DNA from: an uncultured delta proteobacterium
GTDB taxonomy: Bacteria > Myxococcota_A > Polyangia > Polyangiales > B10-G4
Length of the DNA stretch: 64,000 bases
NCBI GenBank assembly: GCA_963727445.1
Contig: CAVSGI010000009.1
Location: forward strand, 512,001 to 576,000
Reading direction: 5' to 3'
In this document: piece after piece, positions 59,911-64,000 of the stretch
Layout: each line of letters begins with the position of its first letter
How positions within the stretch are numbered: the stretch's first letter is position 1
Notes under the pieces: generated by a model
Told to the model about the DNA's origin: nothing
Databases searched by the model: none
Seen by the model: the letters and a program-made list of their open reading frames with translations, nothing else
Made by a program: the position numbers and the translations under genes

Positions 59911-61983
59911 TGCTCCGGGGCGCGCTCACCATCCTCCTCTGTCTCGCGGCCGCCGCTCCGGCCTGGGCGCAGGACGGCGATCTCCCGCCGCCCGAGTTCG
60001 GTGGGAGCGATCGTGAGGCGGCCGGCGAAGATGCCGGCGAGAGCGCCGCGTCCAACGATGAAAGCGACGTCACCCCCCTTCAGACCTATCTCACCGCCCT
60101 CGCCGATCGCCGCCTGCTCTCGGAGGAGACCGGCTCGGTGGAGCGCCTGCGCGAGCTGGTGCGCACCGGCGAGGACCTGTACCTGAACGAGCGCTATGGC
60201 GAGGCCGCCCTCAACCTCTTCGAGGTCGCGGAGAGCCCGCAGTTCGCCGACTTCGTCGACCTCGACGAGTTCCGCGGCGCCGAGTTCATGCTGGCGCGCA
60301 GCCTCGAGCAGCTCGGCGCGCTCCGCACCGCGTCGCGCTATCTCGAGAAGATCATCGAGCGCGGCCCCGACGACGTCTACTTCGGCCCGGCGATGCGCAA
60401 GTACGTCGACGTCGCCCTGGCCAGCGGAAACATCGCGGCCGCGATTGAGCGTCTCGACGATCTCGGCGCCGGTGACATGGACATCACCGACGACAACGAG
60501 AACGAGATCTTCTACCTGCGTGGCCGCGAGCGGTACACCGAGGGCGACTTCGGCCCGGCCGAGGAGTTCTTCTCCGAGATCACCCGGCGGAGCCGCTGGT
60601 ACGCCGCGGCCCAGTATCTGCGCGGCGTGATGGCCGCCCGGCAGGGCGACCTCGAGACCGCAGAGAACCACTTCTGCACCATCGCCGAGCAGGGTGACGA
60701 CGACCGCTTCACCTTCTACGTCGACGACCGCTACTTCGAGGTGAAGGACCTCGCCCGCCTCGCCCTCGGCCGCGTCGCCCACGAGGGCCTGCGCTCGGAC
60801 GACGCCTTCTACTACTACTTCCAGGTCCCCGCCGACTCCGAGCACGTCGCCGAGGCCCTCTTCGAGGCCGCCTACTCCATGTACGAAGGCAACGACATGG
60901 AGACCGCGATCGACCTCCTCGACCAGCTCGAGGCGCGCTTCCCCCAGTCGGCCTGGGTCGACGAAGCGTCCCTGCTCCGCGGCTACGTCCACCTCGGCCG
61001 CTGCGAGTTCGAAGAGGCGAGTCAGCTCTTTCAGCGCTTCGCGACGCGCTTTCAGCCCATCGTCGAAGAGATCGATTCGATCCTCGAGAGCCCCGCGCGT
61101 CAGGAGGGCCTCTACGAGGAGCTCCTCGCCGAAGAGGACGCGCCGCCGCCGACCGAGGGTGAGGAGCTGGACACCACCACCCGCGGTCTGCTTCTCGCGA
61201 TGCTCCGCGTCGACCCGCAGTTCTACCGCCTGCATTCCGACGTCCGCACCCTCGACGCCGAAGCGGCGCGCGCGGGTCGCCTCTCCAACGACGTGCGCGC
61301 GATGCTCGGCCGAGTGCAGGGCGAGGACGCCCCGGTCGCGGCCGCCGAGCTCGACGACGGCTATGACGAGATCGGCGAGGTGCGCCGCGAGGTCGACGAC
61401 GCCAAGGCGGTGCTCCGCAGCCTGACGGCGCAGGTCGACGCGATGCGCGCCGCCGGCGCCAGCCGCGATCAGCATCGCGCCTCTGAACGAACAGCTCACG
61501 GCCCTCGGCAATCGCATCGGTGAGCTCGAGCAGCGCTTCCGCCACACCGCCGCCGAGCTCCGCGAGCCCACGTCGGTCGCCGGCGGCGAGGGCGAAGGCG
61601 AGCTCGAGTCGCTCCTCCGCCACGACATCGCCAGCGCGCGCCGCCTCCCCTCGCGCGTCGCAGCTGCGCGCGCGCACATGATCGACGCGGCCAACGACGC
61701 CGCGCTCCACGGCCTCAGGCAGCTCCGTGGTCGGGTCGGCGGCGAGCTCCGGCGCGCGCGAATCGGTCGCATCGACGCGGTCATGGGCAGCAAGCGCCGC
61801 GTCGAGATCCAGATCGAGAGCCTCGCGGCCGGTCGCTTCCCGCCGGAGCTCCTGGACCCGCTCCGCATCCAGGGGCTGCTTCGAGACGACGAAGAGTATT
61901 GGCCTTTCGAAGGGGAGCTCTGGGAAGACGAGTTCGACGAGACCGATCCCATCGACGAGCTCCTCGACGAGGAGGAGGAGTGA
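59910..61983 (+). CDS. GltC-like exported TPR protein (frameshift near 61470)
   Basis: TPRs; C-terminal EEYWPFEGELWEDE motif in ORF 61678..61983. Confidence 0.75.
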
Positions 61984-61985
61984 GG

Positions 61986-64000
61986 ATGATCCGCGCGGTC
62001 GTCCTCGCGCTCCTCGCGAGCGCTTCGATCAGCGGCGTGGCGTCGGCGCAGCGGCCCGACCGCAACATGAGCCGTTTTCAGGAGGCGACCGAGGAACGGC
62101 AGATCGCCGCGCCCGGCGGCGGCGACGACTCCGTTGACGAAACCACCACTACCTCCGTCAGCGGCTCGCCCGAGAACATGGAGGACGCGCTTTACCTCCG
62201 CGAGCGCGCCGACAACCTCGGCGAGGCGGCTCGCGCCTTCGAAGACGAGCAGCTGCAGCAGCTCCTCCACTCGCGCGAGCAGCTGGTGGTGGCGCGCCGC
62301 ACCGAGGCCATCCGCCTCCTCGAGGAGTTCATCTCCGAGGAGCCGGAGGAGGCCATCGAGATGCCCGACGCGCTCTTGCGTCTCGCGGAGCTCAAGCTGG
62401 GAGCTCGCCCGCGCGAACTACATCGAGACCTTCGGCGCCTGGCAGCAGGTCCCCGAGGCGAACCGCGGCCCTCAGCCCCACCCGGACTACGGCGAAGCGG
62501 TCGCCGCTCTACGACCGCATCCTCGAGCATCACCGCGACTTCGATCGCTACGACCTGGTCCTCTACATGAAGGCCTACGCCTTCGTGGAGAAGGGCGAGA
62601 TGGACAACGCCCTCGTCCTGTACCGGCGCATCCTCGCCGAGTTCCCCCAGAGCCGCTTCGTCCCGGACGCGCACTTCGCCCTCGCCGAGAGCCAGTTCGG
62701 CGGCGCCTACGACTACGCAGCTGCCCTCGAGGAATACGAGAACGTCCTTCGCTACGAGGACAGCGGCCTCTACGACGTCGCCCTCTTCAAGAGCGCGTGG
62801 TGCCTCTGGCGTCTGAACCGCAGCCAGGAGGCCGCGCAGCGCTTCCGCATGGTGCTGGACCTCGGCCAGAACCGTCAGAACCTCACGGCGCAGCAGCGGC
62901 GCCGCCTCGAAGAGCTGCAGGACGAAGCCCTCAGCTACCTCATCCAGGTCTTCACCGAGGACGAGAGCAACTCCGCCCAGGACGTCTTCGATTTCCTCGA
63001 GGAGATCGGCGGCGAGCGCTACGCGCACCGCGTCCTCAGGCGTTTGTCCGAAACGTATGTCGGTCAGGCGCGCTACGAGAGTGGGATCGAGGCCTACGAG
63101 CTGCTCCTCGAGATGGACCCCATGTCGCCCGACGCGCCCAAGTACCAGCGTGAGATCGCCGCCGCCTATGCGTCGATGGGCCAGGACCAGAAGACCGTGG
63201 AGGCGCTCGAGACGCTCGCCTCCACCTACGGTCGCGGCAGCGCGTGGGCGCGCAACCAGGCCGACCCCGAGCTGGTGCGCAGCGCCCAGGCCCTGACCGA
63301 GCGCGCAGATCCGACGCCAGGCCTTGATGGCTGGCACGAGGTAGGCCAGCGGGAGAACCAGAACCCACGTCTCGAGCAGGCCGCGGCGCTCTACGAGATC
63401 TATCTCGAACACTTCCCGCGACTCCGAGAAGGCCTACCAGATCAACTTCTACATCGGCGAGATCCTACTTCCACCGCCTCGAGCGATTCCCCGAGGCCGG
63501 CGACGCGTACCTGGCGGCGGCACGCCTCAACCCCCAGGGCGAGCTCACCCGCGACGCGCTCTACAACGCCATCGGCGCGTTCGAGCGCGTTCGTGAGAAC
63601 GAGCTCCAGCACTGTGGGCGCGGCGGAAGCGGCAACGCGCGCCGCAACCAGCCGGAGCAAGCGGCCGAAGAGTGACGAAGGCGGCGAGGGTGACGAGAGC
63701 GAGGGAGAGTCCGCCGCGTCGAGCCCGAGGAACGGCGCCCGCTGCGGCGAGAGCGCAAACGACCGCAAGTTCAGCTCGGCCATCAGCTCTACGTCGAGCT
63801 CTTCCCCAACGACCCGGACCTGCCCGAGATCCTCTTCCGTCAGGGCAGGCTCTACTACGACCGCGGCATCTACGACCCCGCCATCCGTCTCTTGGGCCAG
63901 CTCCTCGACCGCTTCCCCAACAGCGACTACGCGGAGCCGGCGGGCGAGCTCATCCTCGACTGCTTCAATCGCGCCGACGACTACCAGAACATCGAGACCT
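61986..64000 (+). CDS. GltD/AgmU-like large periplasmic TPR protein (several frameshifts; runs off the window)
   Basis: Signal peptide MIRAVVLALL; across shifts near 62400 and 62505: YDRILEHHRDFDRYDLVLYMKAY..FPQSRFVPDAHFALAE..ALFKSAWC; more shifts after 63300. Confidence 0.75.

Overview
High-GC myxobacterial (Polyangia/Sandaracinus-like) chromosomal window with about 50 genes. The taxon is inferred from a MYXO-CTERM protein, several Ser/Thr kinases, an FHA-sigma54 activator, Cys-rich lipoproteins and a Glt-like gliding cluster. No rRNA, tRNA or true CRISPR array was seen. About ten genes are broken by single-base indels, consistent with an unpolished long-read assembly. Layout: signalling block (1-7 kb); surface and lipoprotein genes plus a GT-C glycosyltransferase (7-21 kb); housekeeping enzymes mixed with lipoproteins (21-39 kb); a 77-bp tandem array before bamD; a giant EAD-like/kinase-like/TPR gene; RNB, phoH and an HD-GYP gene; a REP-associated (RAYT-type, Y1 HUH) transposase element at 54256-55772; then a kinase, cysK and a Glt paralogue cluster. 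The most unusual signal is the RAYT element. Its 28-bp GTAG-containing end repeats occur 4+3 times in inverted orientation, with a solo copy about 52 kb away. Every outer junction abuts a host stop codon. Both flanking host genes show a mirror-image, two-zone skew at synonymous sites centred on the element (C/A-ending codons in the nearest ~300 bp, G-ending codons beyond), suggesting element-directed, strand-specific local mutagenesis.
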